Shown here piece after piece: positions 15,822-24,244 of a DNA stretch of 26,985 nucleotides; position 1 is the stretch's first letter, and every line of letters starts with the position of its first letter. Source of the stretch: a virus (lineage: Duplodnaviria > Caudoviricetes); IMG/VR virus record IMGVR_UViG_3300027881_000062, positions 1-26,985 of that record. One strand, given 5' to 3'. The notes below the pieces were generated by a model that was not told the origin of the DNA, made no database searches, and saw only the letters and a list, made by a program, of their open reading frames with translations. Position numbers and translations under genes: made by a program.

Positions 15822-18787
15822 CGCTGTCTAAAAACTCCCTTATCTCTTAGCATTATGACGTCTGCTACTGCGGACTTCCTAGCTTGGTCTAGCAAGCCTG
15901 GCAGTTCGGCCTGTAGCTTCTCGGAATCGGCGCCGTCTGCCACAATGTTTTGTTCAAATGTTATATTGATTGGTGCCTGGCCGCCTTTGCTTTGACTGGG
16001 CTTGGATATCTTAACTGTTTCCTCCGGCGACGCTTTGAAGGACACTACCTGGGAGTCTTTGCCTCCTGTGCCGCCAACTGTAAATTCGCCGCCGTCCTCA
16101 AAGCGTTGAAGATGCTTTTCCTTGTCGCCTATTAGTGCTGCAATGAGGTTATCAAACACCTTCCTATTTATCATAGGGGCAGGCCGCTGAGGTAGAACCG
16201 ATTCGCCTCTCCTAGTTTCGGTAATGTTTTTGATCACAGTAACCTGGCTGCGACCAGTATTGCGGTCCTCTGCTGGACGACTAATATCTTCCTCGGCCTG
16301 CTGAGGAGTTATTTTAGTTTGTGCCTGGCCACGTTTTGTTACAGTCTCAAGAAATTCTCGTAAGGACTCTTCCTTTTCTTTTACTTGCCGAGGCGTCCTT
16401 ACTGTAACTGTCTCACCTGGTGTGGCGTTAATCATTACTCGCTGAGAATCTGGACCGCCTACTCCGCCAACCATAAACTCGGCACCGTGTTGAGCATTAA
16501 CAGGTCCGCCGCCTGTCGGAATGACCCCACCGCCTGCACCAACCCCTCCAACTACGGCCGCAGCACCGCCGCCCAGGCCGCCAAATATTGACGAAAGAAA
16601 CTTCAAAGCTTGTGCCTTAATTACCATTCTTATGATGTCGCGTATCACTGAACCAGCGAAGTCCTTAAAGTTAGCCTTGCCTGAGGCTGCCATGTCAGCA
16701 ATACCATCCGACATATTATCCACAACTCTCTTCTGCACGTCGCCCAACTTTTCATATGCTGCCTCGGCATCTTCTGGAGGTTTGGACAAACCTCCTTCAG
16801 CTGGCTTCGGCGGAGGTTCGGCTGCGCCGTCCTGTATTTCTTTCCGCTTCGTCCGCAGAGCTTCTATTGTAGCTAGTGTCGCGTCACGCTCCTCAACGGC
16901 CTGTTGTACAGCCTCCCGAGAAGCATTCCGTCGCGCCTCCGCTGTGGCCTCTGTATCGGCGATAAGTTGGTCAGTAATTTCTCTGCTATCTTGTTTTTCT
17001 TTCCTGGCCTTCTCTTCAAGCTCTCGGATGAGCTCGTTTATTACCTCTATTTCTTTCTTTCGTTGCTGCTCGTTTTTCTCAGCCTCTTTTCTTGCTGCGT
17101 CTTCATTGCTGGCAAGGCCGGATATGGCCTCTGCAATATTGCGAATTTCTGCCGCCCTTTCCTCAAAACTTAAGGACTCCAATGTATCTGCTACCGCCTG
17201 TACCTTGGATGCGACACCTTCAATGATGGCATCTATTGCCGCGTTTATATTGATCTTTATATTATCAAACGTTCGTCCAATAGCGCCGGCCATTTCTTTA
17301 AAAAGAATTTGTACCGCCAACACTGACTTATGGAATGCGGCCACGAAGCTAATTTGGAAGGTCTTGTAGACGTCAATCAATAAGAAGAAGGCCGTACGAA
17401 TCTTTTCTACAAGCATATTTGCAAAGCGGTCGGCCGCGGCAATCATTAAAGTGAAACCCAGCTTGAGATTAGCTGGACCGCCAATAACAAATTGCTGCCA
17501 CAAGAACTTCGTCCACTTAACTATTCTTTCTATAGCGCCTTGCCATACCCCTTCGAATACAGCAGCACCGCCGCCTGCCTTTGTAACCGCTTCAGTAATT
17601 TGATCAAACGCTAGGCCTATGTCCTCCAATATCCTGTGTATGGTATCGAGGACGGCCGTGGTTCCTTTTTGTAACAACGGATTCCTAGCCAGTGCCCTTA
17701 TGTTCTCAGTAGCGCTCTGCGTCACCGCCCTGAGGGCCCCGTTCAGCTTCTCCCCTATCGTTAACTCCAAACCCTCGTAGGCCGATTTCATTGCCTTAAT
17801 ATCGCCGCTGAGATTATCAATGCGGACGGCCTGTTGCTCGTAAGCAATATTGGTTCCGGTTAATTGCTTGGTAAGCTTTCCTAACTGATCCCTGTTTACA
17901 ATAAGGGTATTGGCCACTGCCAAATTTCTGCGTCCAAACAACTGTACAGCATCACTACCCTCGTCGAAACCAGCATCAGCAAGATTTTGTAGTGCCTGCT
18001 GTAAGCCAACAACTTCGGGTTTAAACTCATCCCTTGACTGTGCTGTTAATGCCAGCAACATTCCTCGGAACTGCATGCCAGCCTCGCCGCCTTTGATTGC
18101 CCGGGTGGACATAAGCTGGAGGGCCGCATTAGTTTCTTCAAAGCTTATGTTGGCAATGCTGGCGATAGTACCAACGTTCTTCAACGCCTCTGCCATCTCT
18201 CCTACAAGCGCCGCACCTCGTTTGGAACCGGCTGCCAATACATTGATAAAGCGGGAGGATTCCTCAGCACCTGCTCCGAATTGGTTTAGTGCGGCTGCCA
18301 TTGCATTGGCGGCAGTAGGCAAGGTCTCGCCTGTCGCCTCTGCAAGTGCAATGGCTTCCTCAGTTACAAGGGAAAGGGCTTCGACGTTTTCGAGCAGGTC
18401 AGGCTTGGCGCTTGCGATTATCTTAAACGCTTCGGCCGCCTGTGTCGCTGATAGGGTAGTGGTCTCGCCAAACTCTTTCGATTTCTTCCTGAGAAACTCG
18501 AGGTCCTCTCCTACCGCGCCTGTTATGGCGCTAAGGTCGGCTACCGCTTGGCCGAAATCTATTTGGGATTTGATGAGGCTGCGAGCAATTACAAAGCCGC
18601 TAATTGCCGCCATGGCTTTAGCGACAAGGCCTAAGCTTTTAGAATGTTTCTTCGCATGTCGAGCGCCAGCGTCGTGTACTTGTTTGGACTTACGCTTTAT
18701 GGAATCCAAAGCGCGACGGATGGCCGAGGCACCTCGCTTGGAGCGATCGGATCCTATACCAATTTCAATGTCGCGTTCTATTGCCAT
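15818..18787 (-). CDS. Tape measure protein (989 aa)
   Basis: Long Ala/Leu helical protein with a TP901-family core (TTLSATQAAEAF, NQFG, INVLAAG, GGEAG, DNLSGDIK); follows the chaperone genes. Confidence 0.95.
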   Translation of the reverse strand: MAIERDIEIGIGSDRSKRGASAIRRALDSIKRKSKQVHDAGARHAKKHSKSLGLVAKAMAAISGFVIARSLIKSQIDFGQAVADLSAITGAVGEDLEFLRKKSKEFGETTTLSATQAAEAFKIIASAKPDLLENVEALSLVTEEAIALAEATGETLPTAANAMAAALNQFGAGAEESSRFINVLAAGSKRGAALVGEMAEALKNVGTIASIANISFEETNAALQLMSTRAIKGGEAGMQFRGMLLALTAQSRDEFKPEVVGLQQALQNLADAGFDEGSDAVQLFGRRNLAVANTLIVNRDQLGKLTKQLTGTNIAYEQQAVRIDNLSGDIKAMKSAYEGLELTIGEKLNGALRAVTQSATENIRALARNPLLQKGTTAVLDTIHRILEDIGLAFDQITEAVTKAGGGAAVFEGVWQGAIERIVKWTKFLWQQFVIGGPANLKLGFTLMIAAADRFANMLVEKIRTAFFLLIDVYKTFQISFVAAFHKSVLAVQILFKEMAGAIGRTFDNIKININAAIDAIIEGVASKVQAVADTLESLSFEERAAEIRNIAEAISGLASNEDAARKEAEKNEQQRKKEIEVINELIRELEEKARKEKQDSREITDQLIADTEATAEARRNASREAVQQAVEERDATLATIEALRTKRKEIQDGAAEPPPKPAEGGLSKPPEDAEAAYEKLGDVQKRVVDNMSDGIADMAASGKANFKDFAGSVIRDIIRMVIKAQALKFLSSIFGGLGGGAAAVVGGVGAGGGVIPTGGGPVNAQHGAEFMVGGVGGPDSQRVMINATPGETVTVRTPRQVKEKEESLREFLETVTKRGQAQTKITPQQAEEDISRPAEDRNTGRSQVTVIKNITETRRGESVLPQRPAPMINRKVFDNLIAALIGDKEKHLQRFEDGGEFTVGGTGGKDSQVVSFKASPEETVKISKPSQSKGGQAPINITFEQNIVADGADSEKLQAELPGLLDQARKSAVADVIMLRDKGVFRQR

Positions 18788-18793
18788 GCCTAA

Positions 18794-19138
18794 TTACCCT
18801 TTTAGCTTCTTAAGCTTTTCTAGCTTTTCCTTTTCCTCTTCGACTGCGGCCTGCACCTCGTGAACCGTTTGGTCGCAATACATTACCAAGGTCGCAAATC
18901 GCTCAACATCATAAACCGAATAGATCCTAGCAAAGGCCTCAATTTCCGATACAGTTATGTGAGCAAATTGCCTCCTATTCCATAGTGTCCTAAAAGCCGA
19001 GAATGTAAATTCCAAATGTGCAAACAATTCATCTCGCTTTCCTGCTGGTGTCTGGCCAGGGTTCTCCTCCTCTATTGCTTGGAAGAACTCTTGCTGCGCT
19101 TCTTCCCAACGTGTGCCGTACTCGACGGCCTCTCGGAG
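18794..19138 (-). CDS. Tail assembly chaperone -1 frameshift extension (gpGT-like C-terminal part)
   Basis: The -1 frame after the slippery site reads LREAVEYGTRWEEAQQEFFQAIEEENPGQTPAGKRDELFAHLEF... without a stop into the 18794-19027 ORF. Confidence 0.85.
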   Translation of the reverse strand, partial: LREAVEYGTRWEEAQQEFFQAIEEENPGQTPAGKRDELFAHLEFTFSAFRTLWNRRQFAHITVSEIEAFARIYSVYDVERFATLVMYCDQTVHEVQAAVEEEKEKLEKLKKLKG

Positions 19139-19533
19139 TTTTTTTGGTCGTCCTCTAACCTCTCCAGTCTGTAGTTCTCGATCCGCTGGCTTTCCAACAA
19201 TACCTGCTCCTTAAAATCGTTCAATGTTGGATCCAGCATTAACTCCAAGGCCTTCTCCTCCGAGTATTCAATTTCCTTACCGTCTAACCGCAAGCCCTTC
19301 CATCCTTTGATAATGTGCTTGGCCATGCAACGTGACAAAATCTTTGCCGCTGTCGCGTCGCTTATCTTCCCTCGTCCCACGGCCTTTTGATAAGGCTCCG
19401 ATATACGCTCCTGCATCTTCCTAAACGCAGGGTTATTAAACCTGGCAATTCTAATCGTGGTATCTTCGTCAACCACAATTTCCTTGCCTTCCTCTTCTAG
19501 CTGAGGGTCCGTTTTGTATTCTCTCAGGTCCAT
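19072..19533 (-). CDS. Tail assembly chaperone (gpG-like), 153 aa
   Basis: Start re-assigned to ATG 19533 with an AAGGAG RBS (MDLREYKTDPQLEEEG...IRIARFNNPAF...IIKGWKG...IEYSEEKA); between tail tube and TMP. Confidence 0.85.
   Translation of the reverse strand: MDLREYKTDPQLEEEGKEIVVDEDTTIRIARFNNPAFRKMQERISEPYQKAVGRGKISDATAAKILSRCMAKHIIKGWKGLRLDGKEIEYSEEKALELMLDPTLNDFKEQVLLESQRIENYRLERLEDDQKNSERPSSTAHVGKKRSKSSSKQ
19138..19144 (-). other. Programmed -1 ribosomal frameshift heptamer A AAA AAC
   Basis: In-frame CAA AAA AAC fits the X XXY YYZ pattern at the canonical position upstream of TMP. Confidence 0.85.
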
Positions 19534-19537
19534 CTTA

Positions 19538-19565
19538 TTCTCCTTTGGTTGGCACCAATTAAAGG
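19538..19565 (-). promoter_or_regulatory. RBS-overlapping hairpin element, copy 2
   Basis: mRNA CCU-UUAA-UUGGU-GCCA-ACCAA-AGGAGAA fills almost the whole tube-chaperone intergenic gap. Confidence 0.55.
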
Positions 19566-20726
19566 TTATGCGGGGAACTGATCTATTCGAGCCATCACGC
19601 CTTGTGTGGCATGCATCTTGGCTTCCCACTCCAACGAGGCCACAACCTCGTTATCGTTGCCCGAGCCTACCACGTCTCCGTTGGTATATGTAATGGCCGG
19701 GAATGAAACTACCATGCTATTGCCAGCAGGATCCGTAAGCACTACAGCAAGGCTGGAATCAGTCGAGTTGAGATACTTATCAAACAGCACCTCGTCCTCA
19801 AACAACGCAACCAAGTTGCCAGTGCATACAAACCGCCCGAGGCCGATTGCTACTGCATCAGCCTGGCCTACTCCGTCAACCACCCGGAGGTTTGCATCGT
19901 AGTTAACCTCAAGCGTTTGAACGAATATGCCTGTACCTAGCACGGCGCCGCCTTCCAATACCTTACCGACATTGGATGAAGCGTTAAGGATCTCGTTAGT
20001 AGGCGCTGCCGAATATGCTCCACTGCCTACTGTGGTGGCAGCAAGAACGCCCGACTTGCCCATTACCCCAAACGTGCCAGTCACCTTCTGCCTGGACGCA
20101 ATACTCAGCGACAGGGTAGCCATACGGCAGCCTTTAAAGGCAAAGAATTGTGTCGCGTCGTTCATGTTCTTTTCGAGCGTAAAACTCTTCTCCACAATTC
20201 CATTAGTCAACGTGCTGGCGTCAATGCTACGTGATCCACCTTCTGCCTCGTCCTCAAGAATTCCACCGGTCACAATAATCTTCGCGGAGGTGGCCGAAAC
20301 AATTTCAAAATAGCCGTTGTTGGCAGGATCAGTATAGCCCTTCGTATAGATCCATTGTCCAGGTTCCAAAGAACTACCAAAACCCGAACCGCTGTCATTG
20401 AAAGAGTTATCGGATTGAACCGCATCCAACGTGGCTATCGGACCAATGCCAAGTGGCGTGGTAAAGTCGCTGCCAAATATGCCCTCGTAATAAATGTCAT
20501 GGGCGGCATAAGACATTTCAAAATCCCAGCCTCCATCAGCATTTGACCCGACCTCCACAATATCTGAGACCTGCCGATCCGAGCGTACCTCGTCGGACCT
20601 TACCGTTTCTTTACGGTGGCCGAGGTTCTCAGTATTGTATCGAATGGCTGCCAGTGCAGAGGCCGGCGTGGTACCCCACGTGACCTCGGCAATACCAGCC
20701 AGTTGTACTCGTGAACTGTCAGACAT
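19566..20726 (-). CDS. Major tail tube protein (386 aa)
   Basis: EVTWGTTP, RSDEVRSDRQV, SFTLEK, FKGC, YTNGD motifs of siphovirus tube proteins; after the tail terminator; no sheath gene. Confidence 0.9.
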   Translation of the reverse strand: MSDSSRVQLAGIAEVTWGTTPASALAAIRYNTENLGHRKETVRSDEVRSDRQVSDIVEVGSNADGGWDFEMSYAAHDIYYEGIFGSDFTTPLGIGPIATLDAVQSDNSFNDSGSGFGSSLEPGQWIYTKGYTDPANNGYFEIVSATSAKIIVTGGILEDEAEGGSRSIDASTLTNGIVEKSFTLEKNMNDATQFFAFKGCRMATLSLSIASRQKVTGTFGVMGKSGVLAATTVGSGAYSAAPTNEILNASSNVGKVLEGGAVLGTGIFVQTLEVNYDANLRVVDGVGQADAVAIGLGRFVCTGNLVALFEDEVLFDKYLNSTDSSLAVVLTDPAGNSMVVSFPAITYTNGDVVGSGNDNEVVASLEWEAKMHATQGVMARIDQFPA

Positions 20727-20741
20727 TTCATGTCTCCTAAG

Positions 20742-21152
20742 TTAGTACGATCTCTCAAAATCGAAATCGAAAAACACTTTGGCGTTGACCTGCCAAAACC
20801 CATTTACATCATCGCCTACCTCGACGACTTCGGACTCCCTAAACGTAATACTCGAAAACTGCTGGCCTTCAAATATTGCGATCACGGAGTCCGCCATTAC
20901 TCTTGCTGCCTGCGTCCCTTCCTTAGCTTGTACAAAACACTGTGCAACGATCCAACCTGGCCGCCTATACAATATTTTGTTCCCGGAATAGCCAACCTCA
21001 CTAGCACGAGCGTTCCTTATCACCAAACGTATAAAAGGACCGGTAGGCCTCTTTCTTGCATCGTTCTCATATCGCACCGCGACACTTTGATCCGCCCACT
21101 GGGCGTCGAATCTTGTCTCTATGGCCAGGTGTGTCTCAGCATGCGAAGACAT
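20742..21152 (-). CDS. Tail terminator/completion protein (DUF4128-like)
   Basis: YEN, YRRPGWIVAQCFV...GT, FWQVN motifs; canonical position. Confidence 0.8.
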   Translation of the reverse strand: MSSHAETHLAIETRFDAQWADQSVAVRYENDARKRPTGPFIRLVIRNARASEVGYSGNKILYRRPGWIVAQCFVQAKEGTQAARVMADSVIAIFEGQQFSSITFRESEVVEVGDDVNGFWQVNAKVFFDFDFERSY

Positions 21153-21565
21153 TAGAGCACCGCCAACGTGGCAAGGTTATTGATAACGTCTCGCTCCACC
21201 CAACCTGAGGGAGCCTGGTCACTACTGCCTTCATTGAGAAAACCAATGTACGGCAGGCTATTACTTATCCACACCGTGGAGAAGGGTTTTAATCCTACGA
21301 GGGCTGCGGCCGCCTCGCCTTTCTTACTACCTTGTACGCCGCCAGCACTACCACCGGATTTCGTTGTCGAGGCATCTGGAAACCCCACTGAGATATTCCA
21401 GTTATTCATTGCCCGGCCAGTATCGATGGGAGTGTCTGCCACCAAATCTGCAAAGATATCGAAAGCAAGTTTCTTCTGTACAGTAACAACGTCGAGGCCA
21501 AGTCTCTTGGCAATCGAATCGAAGTTCTTGTTCAGCCTCCGCAAGTTTCTAACTTCTATGCTCAT
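21152..21565 (-). CDS. Neck protein, HK97 gp10-like
   Basis: TPIDTGRAMNNWNIS and NSLPYIGFLNEGSSDQAPSGWV motifs. Confidence 0.85.
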   Translation of the reverse strand: MSIEVRNLRRLNKNFDSIAKRLGLDVVTVQKKLAFDIFADLVADTPIDTGRAMNNWNISVGFPDASTTKSGGSAGGVQGSKKGEAAAALVGLKPFSTVWISNSLPYIGFLNEGSSDQAPSGWVERDVINNLATLAVL

Positions 21566-21984
21566 TCGTGGAATACCAATGCGCCGTCAGCACCGCCTCC
21601 GACTCGGCCAACCAAAAACTTATACAAGCCCTCCGCAGGGTCGCGTATAAAGCCTCGGACCAGCCAGGTATCATCATCCTTCACTATTGTGTCGCCAGTG
21701 GTTGGGCTTATTGTGACGTCTGTTCCCGGCACAAGCACCAACTGGTCTCCTGGCAGAGCTACCTCTACGAGTTCGGTAGGCATGCGTCTGTCGGCCTTAT
21801 TAAAAGGCAGAAACACTGCTCTAACTGAGAGCATGACAGTATCCGAGTCCGGCGTAACCACGCCCGTCGTCGGATCATAGTCAGGCTCCTGTCCCTCGTG
21901 TGTGTAGTCCACGGTCTCCTTAAGATCTCCGATCGCGTCGAAGGCCGTTCCAACAAGTGACTGGATGGTAGCTTGGAGACCCAT
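21562..21984 (-). CDS. Head closure/stopper protein
   Basis: YDPTTG, GD..VLVP, P.TGD.I...W.V pattern; between adaptor and neck genes. Confidence 0.75.
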   Translation of the reverse strand: MGLQATIQSLVGTAFDAIGDLKETVDYTHEGQEPDYDPTTGVVTPDSDTVMLSVRAVFLPFNKADRRMPTELVEVALPGDQLVLVPGTDVTISPTTGDTIVKDDDTWLVRGFIRDPAEGLYKFLVGRVGGGADGALVFHE

Positions 21985-21985
21985 A

Positions 21986-22510
21986 TTAACTCCTCAGCAA
22001 CGGCACCGCCGCTACCTGGCCGCCAGTTGCGGCCACGGACTTGAGCCTACCCAAGTGTGAAATCATTTGATAAACTTCATCGGATATTGTTTCGAGCCGA
22101 TCAAGTTTATCGAATGTCAACTCAATTACATCTACCTTCAATTTACTGAGGCCTTCCGTTCCTGTCTCAATGGAGCGGTCTCCAATAATAAGGAGACGGG
22201 CTTGCTCTGACACTGCTTCAATCAAACTGGTTGGCAATTCAGCGGAGTCTATAAGCTCTCCGTCTCTATCCAAAGCACCAAACCTTGGCCAGCGTAACGC
22301 TTGCTCTATGGTGTACTTGCCGCCCTGCCAGTCAAAATGGTTATCCAGCAGACGCGTTGCCCATACCAAAGCGGCGTCCTTCTCAGCATCAGTCGCGCCG
22401 GTCCAATCAGTAACAAATAGCCTGGCCTCGTGATACGAGTCCCCTTGCGCTCTTGTTGTATAGCTGTTGGAGGCCGCGCCGCCGATAGTTGCGTCTAATG
22501 TCAGAGCCAT
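21986..22510 (-). CDS. Head-tail adaptor (family often annotated DnaT-like ssDNA-binding)
   Basis: SNSY.T, ALVWATRLLD, QALRWPR, LKVDVIEL motifs. Confidence 0.85.
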   Translation of the reverse strand: MALTLDATIGGAASNSYTTRAQGDSYHEARLFVTDWTGATDAEKDAALVWATRLLDNHFDWQGGKYTIEQALRWPRFGALDRDGELIDSAELPTSLIEAVSEQARLLIIGDRSIETGTEGLSKLKVDVIELTFDKLDRLETISDEVYQMISHLGRLKSVAATGGQVAAVPLLRS

Positions 22511-22537
22511 GCCCGTTCCTCAATTACTTTGTGATAC

Positions 22538-22837
22538 CTACTCTTCCTCTTCCTCCGCTGCCGCTTTGGGGGCGGCCTTCGCAGCCGGTGGCGGAACCTT
22601 TGCCTTCTTTTTACGAGTTGGAAGCTTGTCCGTCTCTGCCTTTTTGTGGACTTTGGGATCGAACTCGGCCTCAGCGACTTTGTAAAAAAGATCCGCTCCG
22701 TTAGTGCCGGCCCCTTTGTTAACACAAAGAACTTCTGGCGTTGGTTTAACTCCGCGCAAAACAAGGCCGCGTAACGGGGTTGGTTGGTTGGTGTCGAGGT
22801 TCTTCAATTGTGAAGTAGTGTTGTCGTCTTCTGCCAT
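22538..22837 (-). CDS. Hypothetical protein after the capsid gene (99 aa; low-complexity K/A/P tail ending EEEEE)
   Basis: AAGGA RBS; EAEFDPKVHK motif of small post-capsid proteins. Confidence 0.7.
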   Translation of the reverse strand: MAEDDNTTSQLKNLDTNQPTPLRGLVLRGVKPTPEVLCVNKGAGTNGADLFYKVAEAEFDPKVHKKAETDKLPTRKKKAKVPPPAAKAAPKAAAEEEEE

Positions 22838-22865
22838 TTTCCTTACTCCTTCTCTGTTGCGTTAT

Positions 22866-22912
22866 AAAAAACAGGGCAAGGCCAGCGCCTAAAATAGACG
22901 AGGACCTTGCCC
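22866..22912 (-). terminator. Probable intrinsic terminator after the capsid gene
   Basis: Minus strand GGGCAAGG-UC..CGUCUA-UUU-UAGGCG..GG-CCUUGCCC followed by UGUUUUUU. Confidence 0.75.
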
Positions 22913-22917
22913 AAACT

Positions 22918-22942
22918 CCTTTAGTGGTGCCAACCAGGAGAA
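22918..22942. repeat. Inverted copy (copy 3) of the TGGTGCCAACCA element, in the capsid 3' UTR
   Basis: + strand CCTTTAGTGGTGCCAACCAGGAGAA versus - strand CCTTTAATTGGTGCCAACCAAAGGAGAA at 19565-19538. Confidence 0.75.
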
Positions 22943-22946
22943 ATCT

Positions 22947-24095
22947 TTATCCCGCGAGACGGCAGGCCAGTTCTCTTCGGACCAGTGCTGCACCATACAG
23001 CATGTCATAAGAGAATTGGACTTGCTTGTGCTGCCTCGAAATTTCAAGGCGTAGAGACAAGCCGCTTACCGGATCCGTTGCAGATTCGATAATGTTGCCG
23101 AGGCCCTGCGAGTCCGCAAGCGGACGAGATGCAAACGCGAACGCATCTCTGTGGAAGGCCAGGTTCACTACATGCGTTGCCTTTACCGTCAAAGTCTCAC
23201 CACCTGCCGTTGCTACTTGCAGGCCAGGTGCGATATTGATATCGCCGGTAGTAGACGCGCCAATTGTCGCATCCGCAGTCAATACATAAGTCTGCGAATG
23301 GCTACTGAAAGTAATAATATCACCTTCCAGCAAGTCAATGGCGTCACTGGCGCCGGTAGTCATGTTGATGGTCGTTTCACCAATGGGTTCGACTGTGGTA
23401 ACAGTAACGGCAGATACTACTGTAATACTACCAGCTGTATGGGACGGTACCTGTTGATCCATGAACCAGTCAAAACCAAGCTTGCGGTTGATCTTGCCTT
23501 CGACAATACCTTCCGCTGATCCACTGAATGACATGTCCTGGAATGCTCGGTTATTGAGCGCATTGGCCTCAGCGTCCGGGTCGATAACAAATCGCCGACT
23601 ATCAAGCGGTGCCAGTTGATTATTTAAAACCTTCCTGCAACCAGTGGCGTCTGAAGTTCCGGCGCCAGTTGATAGAAACGGCGTTGTGGCCGCTGTACCA
23701 AAGTACCCGTAAACGCCCAGGTACTTGCTCATGATAAAGGCATTCGCAGTGTTCACGAGACTTTTGATTGCCTCACTAGCCTGCATCGGGATCACGTTAT
23801 CCAGTGATTCCTTTTGCTCCTTATCCGTCAGATGGAATGGCGCCTCACGCCATTGATCGAGCGGGACAAGAGCCTGCGTCGGACTTGAATCGACGGAGGC
23901 GGGCGGCACTACATTCGGTGCAACATTGCGGTCAGCGATTGCTGACGGGATGGGAATAGTTACAGTGGTACCTTTTTGTGCAGCTTCCGACTCATAGTCA
24001 CGATTGACTAGTCGGGGCATCACTGCATTTTCTCGCAAGGCCATGAGACCTTGAGCGAGCAGTTTCGGTGCTAGGACCGAGAGATCATTAGCCAT
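22947..24095 (-). CDS. Major capsid protein, P22 gp5 (coat protein) family
   Basis: MAN...LRENAVMPRLVNRDY...KGTTVTIPIP, GFDWFMDQQVP.HT, NLAFHRDAFAFASRPL, DMLYG; follows the scaffold; GGAGG RBS. Confidence 0.93.
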   Translation of the reverse strand: MANDLSVLAPKLLAQGLMALRENAVMPRLVNRDYESEAAQKGTTVTIPIPSAIADRNVAPNVVPPASVDSSPTQALVPLDQWREAPFHLTDKEQKESLDNVIPMQASEAIKSLVNTANAFIMSKYLGVYGYFGTAATTPFLSTGAGTSDATGCRKVLNNQLAPLDSRRFVIDPDAEANALNNRAFQDMSFSGSAEGIVEGKINRKLGFDWFMDQQVPSHTAGSITVVSAVTVTTVEPIGETTINMTTGASDAIDLLEGDIITFSSHSQTYVLTADATIGASTTGDINIAPGLQVATAGGETLTVKATHVVNLAFHRDAFAFASRPLADSQGLGNIIESATDPVSGLSLRLEISRQHKQVQFSYDMLYGAALVRRELACRLAG

Positions 24096-24101
24096 TTAAA
24101 A

Positions 24102-24187
24102 ACCCTCCAAAATGTGAATAGGACTTGGATCGCAAACTCGTTCGCCTCCCCGAGGCGCCTACCAAGTCCCACCACACTGTGGAGGGT
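24102..24187 (-). promoter_or_regulatory. Structured mRNA leader that can sequester the capsid Shine-Dalgarno
   Basis: Nested inverted repeats 24180-24187/24102-24109, 24162-24169/24121-24128 and 24152-24157/24143-24148; the SD at 24104-24108 lies in the outer stem. Confidence 0.7.
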
Positions 24188-24244
24188 CAGATGCTGCTAT
24201 CTCAGCCGCTACATAGAACAGACTCCGTGCGGCGGCAAGTACTT

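Noticed and set aside
19546-19565. Repeated element as a sigma54 promoter (TGGCAC) or a tRNA 3'-end att site (GGCACCA)
   Set aside because: No -12 TTGC at the required spacing; no T-arm or cloverleaf; no integrase in the window.
19534-19629. Longer starts given in the track for the chaperone (19629), hub (15310) and acidic ORF (25658)
   Set aside because: They overlap upstream genes; downstream ATGs at 19533, 15226 and 25646 fit an RBS or stop-start coupling better.
22501-22764. 87-aa Arg-rich minus-strand ORF
   Set aside because: Alternate frame of the 99-aa gene, which has the RBS; no slippery site or independent start support seen.
24183-24228. Partial TPP riboswitch resemblance (GGAGTC...GGCTGAGA...GACCC on the minus strand)
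   Set aside because: The 3' half of the aptamer (ACCTGA...TAAT...GCG.AGG) is absent.
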